Below are positions 14,601 through 29,038 of a stretch of DNA of 64,000 nucleotides, piece after piece. The translations under genes and the position numbers were made by a program. The notes below the pieces were generated by a model that had not been told where the DNA came from, did no database searches, and was given only the letters and a program-made list of their open reading frames with translations. The stretch is from Raillietiella orientalis (lineage: Eukaryota), in assembly GCA_036172245.1 (NCBI GenBank), contig JAYWIR010000028.1, positions 2,666,001 to 2,730,000 on the forward strand, written 5' to 3'. Within the stretch, counting starts at the first letter, position 1; every line of letters begins with the position of its first letter.

Positions 14601-17600
14601 TCAGATAACATCAAAATTTCAAGCAAGGAAAAAAAAAAAAAACATCGAAGAGAACATCATTAACGTTATTCCAAATAGTGGGCCAAATGCAAAGCATGAG
14701 AGCTTAATAAAACTTTGGTTTTCAGCCACAGTTTCCATGTTCTTATCATATAACTCAAATTAGATTCATGACTGCTTTCTTAGAAGGATATTTTATCAGC
14801 CCCAAAGTAGACTCAGTTTTGCCTTAGATTTGTTTTTTCTACTACACGCAACACCGCTGGCACGATCAACTCATAGAGTATGGGCCCCACGAAATTTTTT
14901 CATCCATTCTGCCCAAATATTCCATTTTGCAATACGACAGCACAGTGTACTTAATAATTCCTATGGAAGGTTAATGAAACGAGCGAGAACGATAGGCGGT
15001 GCCTGGTATTATGTCAAAGTTAATTATGCGTTTAGAGGAAGTCGTTTACTAGTCCTAAAAGTAATCATTAAATTGACAGTCTTTAATAGAAAGATTCGAA
15101 AAAGTTATTATGAATTTGCCGCAGCGATTAATTGAAATACGAGACCATCGAGTAAATCTAATATTGAGCATGCTGGTTCCTATTTCATTAAATCATCGCT
15201 AATAGCTTCAAAGTTCATACGTTGCACTATTGTAAATATAGAAGTCGCATTTATTCCAAAAATTCCATAGCTTCGTTTGTGGAAAGTCAGTTCTCACAGA
15301 TGAAAAATTAACCACAGTATATGTAAACATAAATGCGAATTGAGGAGGGGAAAGGCTTTCTTTTACTTGTCCTTAAGAGAAGAAAAAAAAATAATCAACT
15401 ACTAATGCAATGGACTTGAGAAATGTGGAACTCATACTTTTAATACTTTCTTAAACAAATTACCAGAGTTGCATCCAAGCTCGACTGTTTTTCAACATCT
15501 CGTGACCTCGTCTGTTCCTCTGTAACTTTGAAACATTTCTTTCACCATGTAAAGTGTGGATTCTTTTCGTCAAACCTTTTACATTCAGATACTGTGTCAA
15601 TTGCAGTGTTAATGAAAAGATTATGAAATCGATATATCGACAGCGGGGTTCCCAGGGCTAAGCTTCACTTTTGGGTCACGAAGACACATCTGAGCATCCT
15701 TTGGAATTTACCATCTAACACGTACATACGTGGAAAACTCTATCGCGAGACAAGGAGGATGCCAGGTGGAATTTTATTCGTCGCCCTTGAGGAGAAGGTT
15801 TCAGGAAGTACAATATGGATGATGATTAAAGGAAGCTTCCCAAAGACTGTGTGCCATTGCAGCAGATGAGAAAGGAACGTTCGTGTTTAGTACTCGGTGT
15901 TTTATCAACCATATCGATTTACCGCGGAAAATTAACATCTGCTTGCTGAACGATAAATGTAAAAACTGAAACTGGCCACCTACTTGCTGAATGAGAGAAT
16001 AGCAAAGAGATTACAAAACAGAGAAATTCTGCAAACCCTGCCGGGAACAAAAGTTCAAAAGTTTACGTGAACTTCGTCTTAGCGGCATCGATAATTCACT
16101 TCTGCACAAAAAAATTAAGTGGTTGGATGTCTCCATGATGTCGCTGCGAGATGCTTTCAAGATGAACACAATGCTTTCTGCAAGTTTTACCAGTCATCGA
16201 TGATTCCAAAAAAAAAACAGGGAAACTAGAAATAAAATTGATTTATTTAGGGCGTATACGTTAAGAAAGGAAGCCTCTTTATTGCAGGTTGAGTGAAACT
16301 CGTTCCTCCACTGAAAACTTGCAAAAGTTCTTAGGGCAGGATCTCTAGAAAATTCGCGAGTCCAAAAATCTTCAAGCATGTTCTGTAACAAATACATTGT
16401 CAGATAAAAGTGCTTATCCAAGAAGATTTCGTCTGAAATTGCTGAATTCATAAACCTCAGCATAGGTTTTTTTTCCAGCGCTCCTCCCACACAGGCGAAG
16501 TCTGGAAAGCACACATCTCGAGTGAAGTTGGGAAACCTTCTTTCGTTTGTGATGGGGGACCTCGAATTTTATTGGAAACTGTGGAATTTGATCCTGTGTT
16601 TCCAAGAACTGTCTTCAGCTCATTCAGCCTGCAGCTCTCGTAAAAGTATTTGACCTAATCGCATCACCCACGACTGGATCACAACTAAATACGATATTGT
16701 ATTATTTGATGTACACATGAGAAATTCATGAGCAGGCACGTATCTTGGTGGATAAATGAAGAATTCATCGATCAGGTTTGTTGAGCAATCTTAATGCTGG
16801 AATAAAACTGCTAACGCACCTTTTCGCAGAACTGATCCAAGTTTACGATTCGATTTCTTAATTACAGAATTTGTCTTCTTGGAGAACGAGGGACTCGATG
16901 AAGATGAAGTTGGCCTCGACTTCTCAGAGAGCTGTTACTCGGATGCCTTATATTCGATGTTGGCTGCTGCAAACCAAGAGACCAGAGTGGTGCTATAAGT
17001 TCCAAAGGTCGAAATCTTTTTTGCTCCAAGAGATGCATTGGTTTCCACGAAAATTATCGCTTTATCTTTTCAATATTTAACACATCTGAACTCCTATGAC
17101 TCATTTGCTTCAGCTCATTCTTCGAACCTACATGTGAAGCAGACTTTTTTTTAAAAAAAAAAATGCGGAATTAAAAAAAATCTCTCAAGGGTGTTCTCAA
17201 TAGCTCAAGACTGTTTCGTTAAATTACAGAATGCATTATGCAAGCAACACAGAATATTGCCTTACCAATTTCGTGATGACGATTATCTTCTTATAGAAGC
17301 TCCATAATGTTTATGGGAATTCCTAAGAGGGTGAATTTCATAGAATCAAGGAAAAAGGTGCTCTGAATTTCCCTTCAGTAGTGAATCCATTGCTAGTATT
17401 TTGCTGAAGAAATTGGCCTTTGAATCTAGATTTTTCAGTGCAGAAAGTATTCCGATTTTCGTTTCAGTTATTAAGGATGTATTTGGTATCCACATTTTGC
17501 TTGAAAATCTACTAATTGGGATGTCCACTGTTTGCAAAATAATCCCAACGAAGAAACCTAAATATATGATGTCAACTGTCTTTAAAAATGGGGCATAATC

Positions 17601-20600
17601 CTTTACGCTATTTGCTGTTTTCCCTGTCGATCGTTGTTCTTCCAGGACACACATTCAACTGGGACAAAACTCAACTCGATTTCTGTACTTTCACGTTCCC
17701 TCGTGTTTATTTGAGCAGACGGAAAACAGAAAAAAAGCAAAGTCCGACGATCAGGAACCAAAGACGAGCGACTCGCGATCCCAATACCCACGGGAGAGGT
17801 TCGAAACTCCAACACCTTTGCAAAATGATGTTCCTTCTCTGATGTTCGCCTTCATCGTCACCGTTTGCTAGCTCGTTGGTAATCGCCATTTTTTCATCCA
17901 AAGTGGAATTCCAGGTAATTTCGTGAACTGCTAATGATAGGTGGAGTTAATAAACAAACCCAATTCCGTCTCACTCTATTCTACAACGCATTATTCACTG
18001 CTTGAAAGTTTCAGTGGGGAACTTCGTGCCTGCATTGGGCTGATTTTCCGATTCTACTTCTTGGATTTAAAATCTGTTCTCGCCTTGGAGAAAGGGATGG
18101 ACGTGGAAGGCAAATCGGCGAAGGAGACCTCAGATCACTGCAAGCGGAAAACACTCCCATTTCAAAGAGAACACATTCAGGCGTGAGACTCACTCACTAC
18201 GGTGTGTTTGGCGTTTTATGCTATCGAGATCCCTCAGGATTCCCTGAATCCTTCAATTAACAGAAAACTGCCCTTGGTCCCAGACTTTGAGGGAAGTATT
18301 TCGTGATTTATTCCTGGTCACTGTCTAGGATTGCCTTTGAGTGTAGTTTGGCCGATTGGGTTTCATTCAAAATAAGTTCAATAATGTGACGTTGTTTCAA
18401 AAAAAAAAAAAACAATGTTGTTTCATCGACACATTAAATGTCCCTATTTATTTCGTCTCATTAACTTGCATTTTTTTGCTCATTTCCTTCTATAGATGGC
18501 ACATTACAGTTGGAATCCTTCCTGTAAGGAATTTTCGCTCTATTTCAGTATCGCTATGATGAAATAATGTGACCCTTTTCATACATAAAACGACCTCAGC
18601 TGGAGTCAGTTATCTCATGAATGACTTGTTCGGATTGAATTTCATATTGAAGTTGGGTTCTTCAGAGTGAAAAAATCAAAAGAGTATGCTTTGCATAATA
18701 GATCGTTTACCTAACAAGTGCATTATGAATAATCGGTCCGACTGTTCGCAGATAAGTATTTTGCTTGCAAAGTCATGTACTATATGTTCCTTACTCAGTT
18801 GATAAAGATTAATTTGGGTATGCCGTCAAGTGGATAAGATTTACGATTCCATGTCTTATCTGATCAATCTTATGTTGTGATGGCTATCAACTTTAAAAAG
18901 GAACATATCTTTCTGTTTTTATGAGAATGCTTCCATGCATTATTTCGAAGTCTGAGAAAAATAAACTTTGCTATACATTTACGTGATTCGAGATTAACTA
19001 AATACCCAACTTTCCTCGAAGTTCTTCTAGTTTCTTAAGATTACTGAGTTCGGAAAGAATGTCCCTTATGAAAATACTTTCATAGACATCCGCAAGAGCT
19101 TACTTTCACATAGACGTTCAGAAGAATCAAATTGCAAATAGCAGAATGTTCTGTCTGAACAGGAAGGCAAATCTGTTTCTGAACTTGCACCACGCAACTA
19201 TATCTGAAAACATTTGTACTTTTTTTCTCAGCCTTGCCGAAAAAGATGAACATAGAAGACAAATTAGCGGACGCGGCCACAGATTAGGATTAACACCAGA
19301 TGCTGATTTCTCGGATTCCAGATCGATCCGATCTCCAAAAAAAACGAATGGAATTCAAGGAAATAACTCCTGGGACAGATGCTTAAGAGGGGAGATTCAC
19401 TTTTTTCCGTTAAATATGTTTCACTAAGTGAAACTTCCGTGAAGGGAAGACGATTCATCCAATCTGATTCACGAAAATTCATCCCTTAAATTCTACTAAC
19501 TGACGGTAATCTGTGAATGCCTGGGTGTCCCGATTTAAGGTCAAGTGATGCTAATTTGAATTCAGATGGAACTGGGATTCAGACGAACCTGGAGAAAATT
19601 CTAGCAAGCGAATTCTTATTTAATGGAAAACGATGTAGCTACGATCGATTATGATCGACTTCTATATTACATCTGACTTGTCACTTAGAACTTCGGCTTC
19701 TAAAAGGTCAGGAAAAGTGCAATCCCTACTACTGGTGGATTAGTGCAATCATCAGAGTAATTTGCCAATTTCTGGAATCTTCCAACTACAGTCTCTCATA
19801 CGACAGTATGTGTGTAATACAAGACAAACGTTTTAGATGATGAAAATTACACAACTTATGAGAAGAACATCCGGCAAGGAATGCAAAGTGAAACAAAATC
19901 GTAAAGAAAAATGAAACCGAATTTAAGGAGGAAAACAAACAAACAGAAACAGAAACATCCCAGATTACTGTCATTCGTATCAATTAGCAGCTGGAGACAA
20001 TAAAATCACTTTACTTTGACAAAGTGAATCGATTTGACAAATTTTGAAAAATGTACATAATTTTAGACTTTTCTTTACATTACATTCCAAATAATTAGTG
20101 ATACCAGTTATAGACTCACCTTTTCCATTATTTTTGGCCTTCAGTCACGTCACTTGAAGGATAAATGGCACGCCGAATTTGCAAAAAGTCTCCGTCTTTC
20201 TGTTTCAAATTTTTTTTTTCATTCTAATATAGAATTTTCTGTTTTAACACTATCGATGTATTCTTTGTGTATGTTCATATATCGTCGGGATGGAAATAAA
20301 AAAATATGAGGAACTTCAAAGTATGAATAAACTTGAAAAAAAAAAATGGTAAAAACAATGAAACATTAATGAAAAGATATTAGTACGCATAATTAGTACA
20401 AAATTTGGAAGGAGCGAATGGAATGGCTTTGAACAATTTGCTTCGGATAATGAATTTGGGTATTGAGGAACAAAAGCATAACCAAAAAGAAAAGCGCAGA
20501 TACAAATGTTCAAGTGGAACAAGTCGGATATTTGGTGACGAAGTTTTCATATTCAAATACTTCCATCGTAAGTCACTTATGTAAAGTCACCTAATTTACG

Positions 20601-20973
20601 CCTGTAAAGGGTGCCAACAATCACAGGTACCACTTCATTTCAAAGGGGGACTAAATACATGCCATTCGCTGAAGAGCGCGACCATACTGGCATTTCATCT
20701 CGAATACTTATATTAATTAATCCTTAAGGATACAAAAGCACTTTCAAAAATAAGATTTCATGTTTATGACTTTTAAATATGGAAATGAGATTCCTTTTTA
20801 AAAAAAAACACTCAAAAGACTTCAGCTATCTATTTCATCTTAATCGGTCAGCTAGAATTTGAACTCAGCATTTTGAAATTGCATTAATTCAAAACAGTTT
20901 GTATGCTGCAATGACTACGACAACAAAATTAGGAAAATCTTCTAATCAATTAATTTCTCAAACCACTTAAACA

Positions 20974-21026
20974 CAACAACAACAACAACAACAACAACAA
21001 TAATAATAATAATAATAATAATAATA
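20974..21026. repeat. Compound microsatellite (CAA)9 followed by (TAA)8
   Basis: Directly visible CAA run followed immediately by a TAA run. Confidence 0.95.
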
Positions 21027-22727
21027 GATGTTCATCTGGTTAGAACATTCTTGGCTAACTAAACGTTGAGGATATTATTTATTTTAAATTTCTTCATGTG
21101 AGCTGGAAAAAACTTAAATTCTCGTTCCCAAGTTCACCTTCATCATTTGAACTTGCAGTGTATCATTTGAGCAATTTTTAGACATTTATTTGTGAGCACA
21201 TTTATATTAACATCTACGATAAAATTAGATTTTATTAATTTGTACACGGAGTACCGAAAATGTTATCGTGTACAATTTGAATGTTTGCCATTGTATTTTC
21301 AACATTATGCACAGTTTCTTGAAGGGAATTTCGAGCATACGAATTACAGAAATCACGTAGTAAACTTCGTGCAAACATATTTGTTCAAGATCAATTTTTT
21401 CTTTTCACCGTTTATTTAACACAAGTGTACTCGTGACAGAATAATTTGAAACTAATATTCTGTTTCTCGTGCAGAAATAAAGCACAATCGATTTATGAAA
21501 ATCACAATGATTTGTACGTTTCATACATTCGTACGGACAAGATTCGAAACGAATGTGAACACATTATTGAGCATAATTTAGCAGTTTTCTATTTATAAGG
21601 CTTTTGCTTTTATTATTGTGTGAGATTTTCGTAATATTTCGTACACACAGTATCTGAAAACAACATGAGAAAATAAACGTAGCTAGAGTATTTTTATACA
21701 ATTTCTCAGTCCCAGTCCGATTATCGTACAATGTTTCCAACCAAGGACGTAAATGCCAGCGTCCGACCTTGAATTTGGGTAAAACATCATTTCCATATAA
21801 CTGGATTATATCTAATTTTCTGATGACCGAGGATCCGAATTTCTTTGCTACCAAACGTTAATGAATTGTATATGAGAATTGTTATAAAAATATGTTTCTT
21901 AGAACAATGCATTATTTCAGGAGATTAGCAGTTTTGTAAATTCTGTTGTACATTGTTTGGTGAGTTATTTCAATTTGGAATGTGCCTTTAAAAGTTACAG
22001 AAGTTAATTTAGTTTTGGAAATCATCCGATGAGGAGCATGTTATCAGTGATATATGCTTATGATCCCAATTTACTTTCAGTTATTTTGTTTCCAATAATA
22101 GTGTTATTCATAGCAACAGCAAAATTGCAATGTGAATTTTATTAATTTTGAAACACGATTTAATGAAAGTGTTCAAAGAAAGGATTTTGTAATTGATTTT
22201 GAGCAGTTTAATGGCAGCCCATGGTTCAACAAAAAATGAATTTTAGTTTCTTTTAAAATATTAGTGAAAATGATGTAAACTAATTTGCTGATGAATTACT
22301 GAGAAAAAGATGCTTATTGGTGCTAATGATTATTTGCTTGTATTTCAGTTTTGTAAATATTTAAGTTCATGAAATAATGTGATTTCATTCCAACAGTGAT
22401 GTGTAATTGCACCCGGTGATTTATGTTTTTGTTGTTGATGTCCTTTCAATTTCTATTTATGTACACATTATAAATAACATGTAGTTAATTAGCCATGATA
22501 AGTTAAGTGAATTATTCTGAAGATGCAGAATTTTATAAATCGGTGACAATCTGATGTTCATATTTGGATTTTATAAAGAAAAAATTCGACAAAAAATATT
22601 AAATTACTTTAAATGTTTCACACAGAAGAAAATCTTTATAAAAGAAAAATCTGGATACTTGACAGAAGTAAGAAATGTTTGCATGCTGATATCATTTGTA
22701 TTTGGATTTATACATAGTTATCGTTAG

Positions 22728-25700
22728 ATGGAAGAAGACATGCAAGTACCATATGAAAATGAATGTGACAGATTTTCAAAAGATAGTACAAAAATGTGCA
22801 TATCAACCGGTGATGATTCTCAAGTCTGTTTTGCTGCTGATTTTTCTTCAAAAGATTTACCAGTATCTCTGTCTGCTCCTTTTAATTTAACCTCAGCAAA
22901 GAACTTTTTCAATGATCTGACCAATGAAAAAATCAAAGTCTTCCAGTTCCACGATGCAAGTAGGAATTCAAAATCTGATGATTCATCACTGTCAGGTAGT
23001 AGTCTAAATGTTTTTGCCTTTCATAAATGTATGAGTTGGATGGATGGTGGATTATAATCTTTACCAATTCAGGTGGATTATCATCTTTAAATGGAGGAAT
23101 GGTGAATGCTGTAAAGAAAAATTATGGTTCAGCTGATGAATTATCTTGTGATTTGCAGGATGAGCAGTCCTCTGATGAGGAAAAACATATGAGTTTGACT
23201 AGGAGTAAGTGCTATGCAAGAATATGTCATTTCATCTTTTCTGACTTTTTGGCTGCCTTGGGATTACAGTTTTTGGCAAATTGATTAAAATTGTGCTTTA
23301 GAAATTCCATTTATGGAATATTGCTTTTTATTCTGTTGTGTGATTCTTTTTATCACCTGCAGATTTCACAGCTGTTGCATGTGGTAATCAATAGATTATT
23401 CATTTGTAAAGCATTTGCTGTTTTGAAGGTTTTGCTTTGCAGTTGATTTTCATTTAACATTCCTAGTTAATCACTTAGAATCTGTGTTTCAATAGAAAGA
23501 AGATTGAACTCTATAAGTTAACGTTTGATGTGTGTGTGTGTGTGTGTGTTTTGTAGAAACTACAATATATCAATCCAAAAAGAAGAAGAAAAGCTTGGGG
23601 TGCATAGAAAATTCTCATGAAAGCTTTTTGGGGATGAGTCCCAGTATGTCATTGGCATCATATGGTAGAAAAAACACAGAAATGCTGCCTGACTGTCCAG
23701 TGAAGACTGAAATAGAAATGACTTGCAAAATCAACTCTTGGGTAAGACTAAAAATATTTATATGGAGAAATAAGGTCTGTAGGAGGAAACAAATTGCCTG
23801 GAATCCAAATCTGATTCACAACATAATAATTGCTTACCTCATTGTTTACCTGCTGGTTTGGAAACAGAGCAACTGACAACTTGTGAAACTCCTGTCATGG
23901 TAGTAATGATACTTGAGATTCTGGAAATGCTACTAATTTTGTAGCCACATCATTTGAGTGCTAGTACTAGCACCAGTGGTTTCAGTTCTTTTTCTCATGC
24001 AGCTGGTTCCAATCTGAGCCACAATGGTTCAGTTGCATCACAATACTCAACTCTCAGCGTGAGCTACTCCTCGGTGCCCAGCCCCAACAGTTCATCTTCA
24101 GCTGTTTTCACACCAGACCAGTCTCCAGCAGTCTCAAGACATGCTGCTATCACTACAGATTCTAGATTAACTCGGGATATTAACAATTCTTGGAACAGTG
24201 GAATGGTAACCACAGAGAATTCCAGTTCTCATATGCTTGTACTACCTCCTGGAAATGAGCCAATTATTTGTGGCACTCACTCTGGAAACACAGGATTTAG
24301 TTTTTCAGCTTCCAAACTGGATCTTCGTGATGATATTCAGTCTGATGGGGATGTTCCTCGATTTGACTTAATTGGTGGTAAGTCGGGAAGGAAAAAAAAA
24401 ATCTCTAAGTGATCCAAGAAACAGGTTCCCGACAATCTGTTGAAAGTTCTTCTATATCTGCTGGTAGTCCTTTAGGAATGGCAACTGGAGTGTCAAGGCA
24501 ACAGCTCATTAACAGTCCATGCCCTGTGTGTGGAGATCGGATCTCGGGGTTTCATTATGGCATTTTCTCTTGTGAAAGTTGCAAAGGGTTCTTTAAACGA
24601 ACAGTGCAAAACAAGAAAAATTATGTGTGCCTGCGAGGGGCCTCCTGCTTAGTGACTGTTGCTACTCGAAAGAAGTGTCCTGCCTGTAGATTTGAGCGCT
24701 GTCTGCAAATGGGCATGAAATTAGAAGGTGAGAAAACCTTACTACTGAAATTGTATTTCTGTCGTTTTGATAGCTATTCGAGAGGATCGCACTCGAGGTG
24801 GACGCAGTACTTACCGCTGCTCTTATACATTGCCATCAGGAATGTCATCTCAAGTGGGGAGTCCTGAATCCTACTTAGGAAAATCATCTCCTGTTCCCAG
24901 TCAGCCACTTACAGAAGGGACTACAACTTGTGAACCACCTTCTCAGTCGCTATCGTTTTTGCCTTCACATTTTCCTGAGAAAGTAGGACCTCATTCTGAT
25001 GCTAGAAATCAGCCTGAAAAGGAACATGTGCCCCATTTACTAGAGGTATAAAAGTTCCGGAATTTGCTTGACTGAATCTGTTATCCAGCAAATTTGGTCA
25101 GTGGAACATTTATGGCATTGCCAGGATCAGGGATGTGGTGGAGATGGGTGGGAAAGTCCTAGTGCTTCCTCGCTCAAGAGCATAGCAGATGTCCGGTTGT
25201 ATAAGATTGTCAAGTGGTGTAAAAGTCTACCTCTGTTTCATCATATTTTGGTATTGCTACTGGTTTGTTAGACAGTCTTTAAATCCAATTTTAGATTGAT
25301 GATCAAATATCCCTTTTGATTCATGCTTGGTGCAAGCTGCTGCTGTTCAGTTGTTGCTATCACTCTGTGCCTACTCCAGGTCATATCCGAGTGTCCCAGG
25401 TCAAATCTATGGATCTGCAACAAGCACGAGCTGAGAATGTGGGACCATTTATTGAACGCATGCTTCATTTTGCAGACAATCTTAGAAGGCTACAAGTGGA
25501 CCAGTTTGAATTTGTTGCTCTAAAAGTGATCATTCTTTTAACTTCTGGTGAGCAGGAATAGCATATTGACTAATAATGTTGTTTCCATAGATAGCAGTGA
25601 ATTAAAAGAGCCAAGCAAGGTTAGGGAATCCCAGGAAAAAGTGCTTCATGCTTTACAATTGTATACACAAGCTACTAAATTTGGTGAGCTATTGCTCACC

Positions 25701-25817
25701 ATCCCTGAACTGGAGCGCTTATGCCAAGTGGGGAAAGACATGCTATCAGTGCGGACTAAGGAGGAAGATGGATCCAGTTTTAATTTGCTGATGGAATTGT
25801 TGAGAGGCGATCATTAG
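22728..25817 (+). CDS. Hr39: Nuclear hormone receptor HR39 (NR5B1, FTZ-F1-beta)
   Basis: [40 protein letters not shown]...[10 protein letters not shown]...[18 protein letters not shown] (HR39-type rather than FTZ-F1-type box). LBD has [19 protein letters not shown]...IDDQISLL and ends [12 protein letters not shown]. An in-frame N-terminal exon chain runs from 22728 (exons near 22728-22995, 23073-23205, 23557-23741, 23783-23899, 23945-24377). The ATG follows an AG acceptor, so upstream exons may exist. Confidence 0.93.
23529..23548. repeat. (TG)10 microsatellite just upstream of an Hr39 splice acceptor
   Basis: Directly visible; the acceptor TTGTAG ends at 23556. Confidence 0.9.
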
Positions 25818-27835
25818 CTGTGCCTTGCTGTCCCTTGCTCAAGTTGGCCAACCCGGTGATTTGAATACTCAGTTGATTTTGATCGCAACCCACATTCTTG
25901 ATGTTCTTTACTGCATCTATCCAATGTATATGCACACTCTAATTTATTATCGAACTTTTTACTGGTGCTAAAGTCAATCAGTCCGGTTTGGTATGACTAC
26001 AGATGTAAATGTGTGTGGGTGCAAGCCATGCAGTGCCATTGGTTTTGTGCAGTGAGCCACCAATTGGAGCTCACCTTTTTTTTAAATACAAGGCTTTTCT
26101 GTATTTTAGAATTTTTTATAAACTTCGAGAATTTAAAGAGTATTAACAGATTGTACCCATTTATTGCATTTTTTCATGCTTTCTAACAGGTTATTGAAGC
26201 AGTTGGCGGATTCCTTTTTTATTGGAATTTTCTATCTTATTGTATCAATCAGGCATATCTCGTGGTGGTAGTACTGCAGCAGGGTAAAAGCGAAAGCTCA
26301 TTGAGAAACCTCATTTTCTATGGCTACATTTGCCACTTTGTTAAAAAACACGAACACAAGTATGACATCTATTCTCACAAAATAACAACATATAAGACTA
26401 GGTATTTGCATGATTTTTAATAGCCATGTTCTGTGATGCTGGTCCATCTTTTCCTTACGGTGAGTGGGTATTACCATAGGCATAACTGTTCTCATTAAAG
26501 AGGCTAATTTGGCCTTAAATTACTTTTTTTTAACGTCCTGATGGTTTTTCGAAGTTTTAGGAACATGATCTCACAAAGTATGGTAAGATCTCGGTATAAG
26601 CTTGTGAATCAAAACTGCTTCAATTCCAGTCCTGGTTGCTGTTAATTTTCTCATCGACATACTTTGACAATTTTCCACCGTTAGCAAGTGCGGTTAACCT
26701 TATAGTTTCTATGCAGCAATTGCTTCAAACTATTGTTTATTGCCCAATAATTTGCACCTTTGAAATGCTGCCTGTCAATCTCTGCTGCTATCAATAGCAG
26801 AAACTATATTTCGTTTCAAGTAGCGAAGGAATTTGATAGAAAGGGCAGTTGATGAGCCTGGATTTTACTAAGATTTTGGTTGCATAAACAATCAAGTATA
26901 ATTAAAAATCTATTTTTATTTTACTCTTCACGTCTTCCTTCTTTGCACCAAATTTGAAAACATGATATATCCATCGTCTCTTGCATTATTTTCGAATAGG
27001 TATCTTAATATAAGTTGGTCCATTTCACATGTAGGCAACAACGCAAAAGGAATTCGAGTTATCAACCAAATCTTCCAATCTCATCTCAATACCAACTTTC
27101 ATCAAACAATTGTGTTCACATTTGTACTGTATGATATTTTCGAAAACACTGAGCAAAAATTAAACATTTACGTAAACCTCTAGCAGTTATGTAATGCAAA
27201 ATTAACTACTTTCTAAGCCAATATACATGCTGCAATTTTTTTTAAAATCCTGAGTTTTCGTGCGAATTCCTTTTCTTACACTACAAGTTCTCTACCTTAA
27301 CTACGAGAGTCCATACCTAAGCTAAAATACTATTTGGGCCATTTTGGAATTTTGCTCGTCCTGACATTGAGGTTGACTGCAAAATGGATTTTTAGAATTA
27401 TATTTCAACTTTTCGCCCAATAGCAATCGAATAAGATTGTGCGTTTACAACATAATATGTTTTCATGGATATTTTATTTTCACCTACAGCAATCGCAATC
27501 GAAATTTTATTAACTCTATTCCATTATACTTGGAATCAGTACGATGATTTGCCATTTTTATTTATACAGCTAGTTTCATTGGGGATTATATATATTGATT
27601 ATCTTGTGTCCTATGGTTTTCTAGATTTTTTAATACATTCGAACAGAATGTTTTATGATTGAGAGAATTCGGGTACCTTATCACACTTTCATAGAATGCG
27701 AGACGTTGATCTAATCAGTGAGCATTAAGGGCTCTCGAACTATAAGCCAAATTCCAGTTTAAAAGAGTCTCTACAAAGAGAATCACAATGAATTTGTATC
27801 AGTCGCAGATTTAAGTGGCTCAGAAAATAAACTTA

Positions 27836-27872
27836 ATCGCTTTTCGGCCTTTTGGCTAAGATCAAATTGCAG
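27836..27872 (+). pseudogene. 3'-truncated U2 snRNA pseudogene (about nt 1-37) flanked by direct repeats
   Basis: ATCGCTTTTCGGCCTTTTGGCTAAGATCAAATTGCAG versus the metazoan U2 5' end ATCGCTTCTCGGCCTTTTGGCTAAGATCAA(A)GTGTAG. It is flanked by CAGAAAATAAACTT (27821-27834) and CAGAAAACAAACTT (27870-27883). No further U2 sequence or Sm site follows. Confidence 0.88.
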
Positions 27873-29038
27873 AAAACAAACTTGCATTTCAAAAAGTTTA
27901 CTTAGAATAAAAAAATACAGACTTGAATTTGTTTATCACTGAACAAATAAGTATCTAAAATATTATCTGTATAAGATAAATTATTCGCTATCAATAATAC
28001 AATTTAGTAATATAATAACCTATTTTTACTCATGGATTATGAGCACCAGTTTCATTTTTAACATGTGAATTTGGTTTGAAGTAGCTGAAATACTTCATGT
28101 TCAATGTCTCAAATGTTCAGAGTCAGCATTAAAAGGATTCTAATCACACTTAGGCTCGTTTGCAAAATTTCTTAAAAACTCCACCGTTTCGTTCTAACAT
28201 AAACACATTTTTTTAAATTTAGACTGATACTCGTGGACGGAATGGTAATTTGAAAGAACATAGAAAGGACTGAATGACATCAATCCGATGATAAAAAGGA
28301 ATTCACTTCCAGGAGATTCTCTGCAATCCTTTTTGAATATTACTGATAACTGATTTTGCATTTTTTCTTTTCTTTTTTTTTGGAGAATGGATAACATGTT
28401 TCGAAACTACCCAAATATGCTTGATAGGAATATTCATTTGATTTCATCTGCGTCTGACTGTTGAATGTGTTTTACTAATTCAGCTCGAAAAGTCAACAGC
28501 GAGTGAGACTTTGAAAATTCTCGATGAAAAGTACAGAATTAACAAATCATGCTGCACAAGTAGAATGTGTACTTGAGTAATGCGAAAGAATAATTACACC
28601 TGTCGAAAGTTGGACGGAAAACAAGGTTTAGGCTACATGTGCTGGAAATTTTGCTTTGATTGCTTTTGAGGTGTGTTATGATCAGCTGTTTGATAAAATT
28701 AAAAAGAATAAGTCATACAATGAAGGAAATATGATTCAGTGCCTTTTCAGGATCTGAGGTCTTGCGTAGAAAACGTTGCAAACTCATTGAAAAAGCTAAC
28801 AAATAATGATTAGTTATCATAGGAAGCATCTACAAAGTGGTGTAATACAATAAATTTATACAAGCGACGCTGTGATTATTGTGGAAGTTTGCTGTACTTT
28901 TAGAATTGTGCATTATTTGTATGTTGCTCCGTTTTTGTAGCAAGAGCAAGCAAAAGAAACCGATGAATATGCAACATTGTTTTAAAGAATTTGTCAATTT
29001 TGATGATAAGGTGTGTGCAGTTAATTTAACAAGTTGAG

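Noticed and set aside
15720..17100. Coding-like, moderately GC-rich stretch with faint similarity to OTU-like and DNA-transposase motifs
   Set aside because: Too degenerate; I could not recover a confident motif series in any frame.
19535..19711. TTAAGGTCA and AAAAGGTCA nuclear-receptor half-sites upstream of Hr39
   Set aside because: Imperfect matches to the NR5 site YCAAGGTCA and expected by chance over this length.
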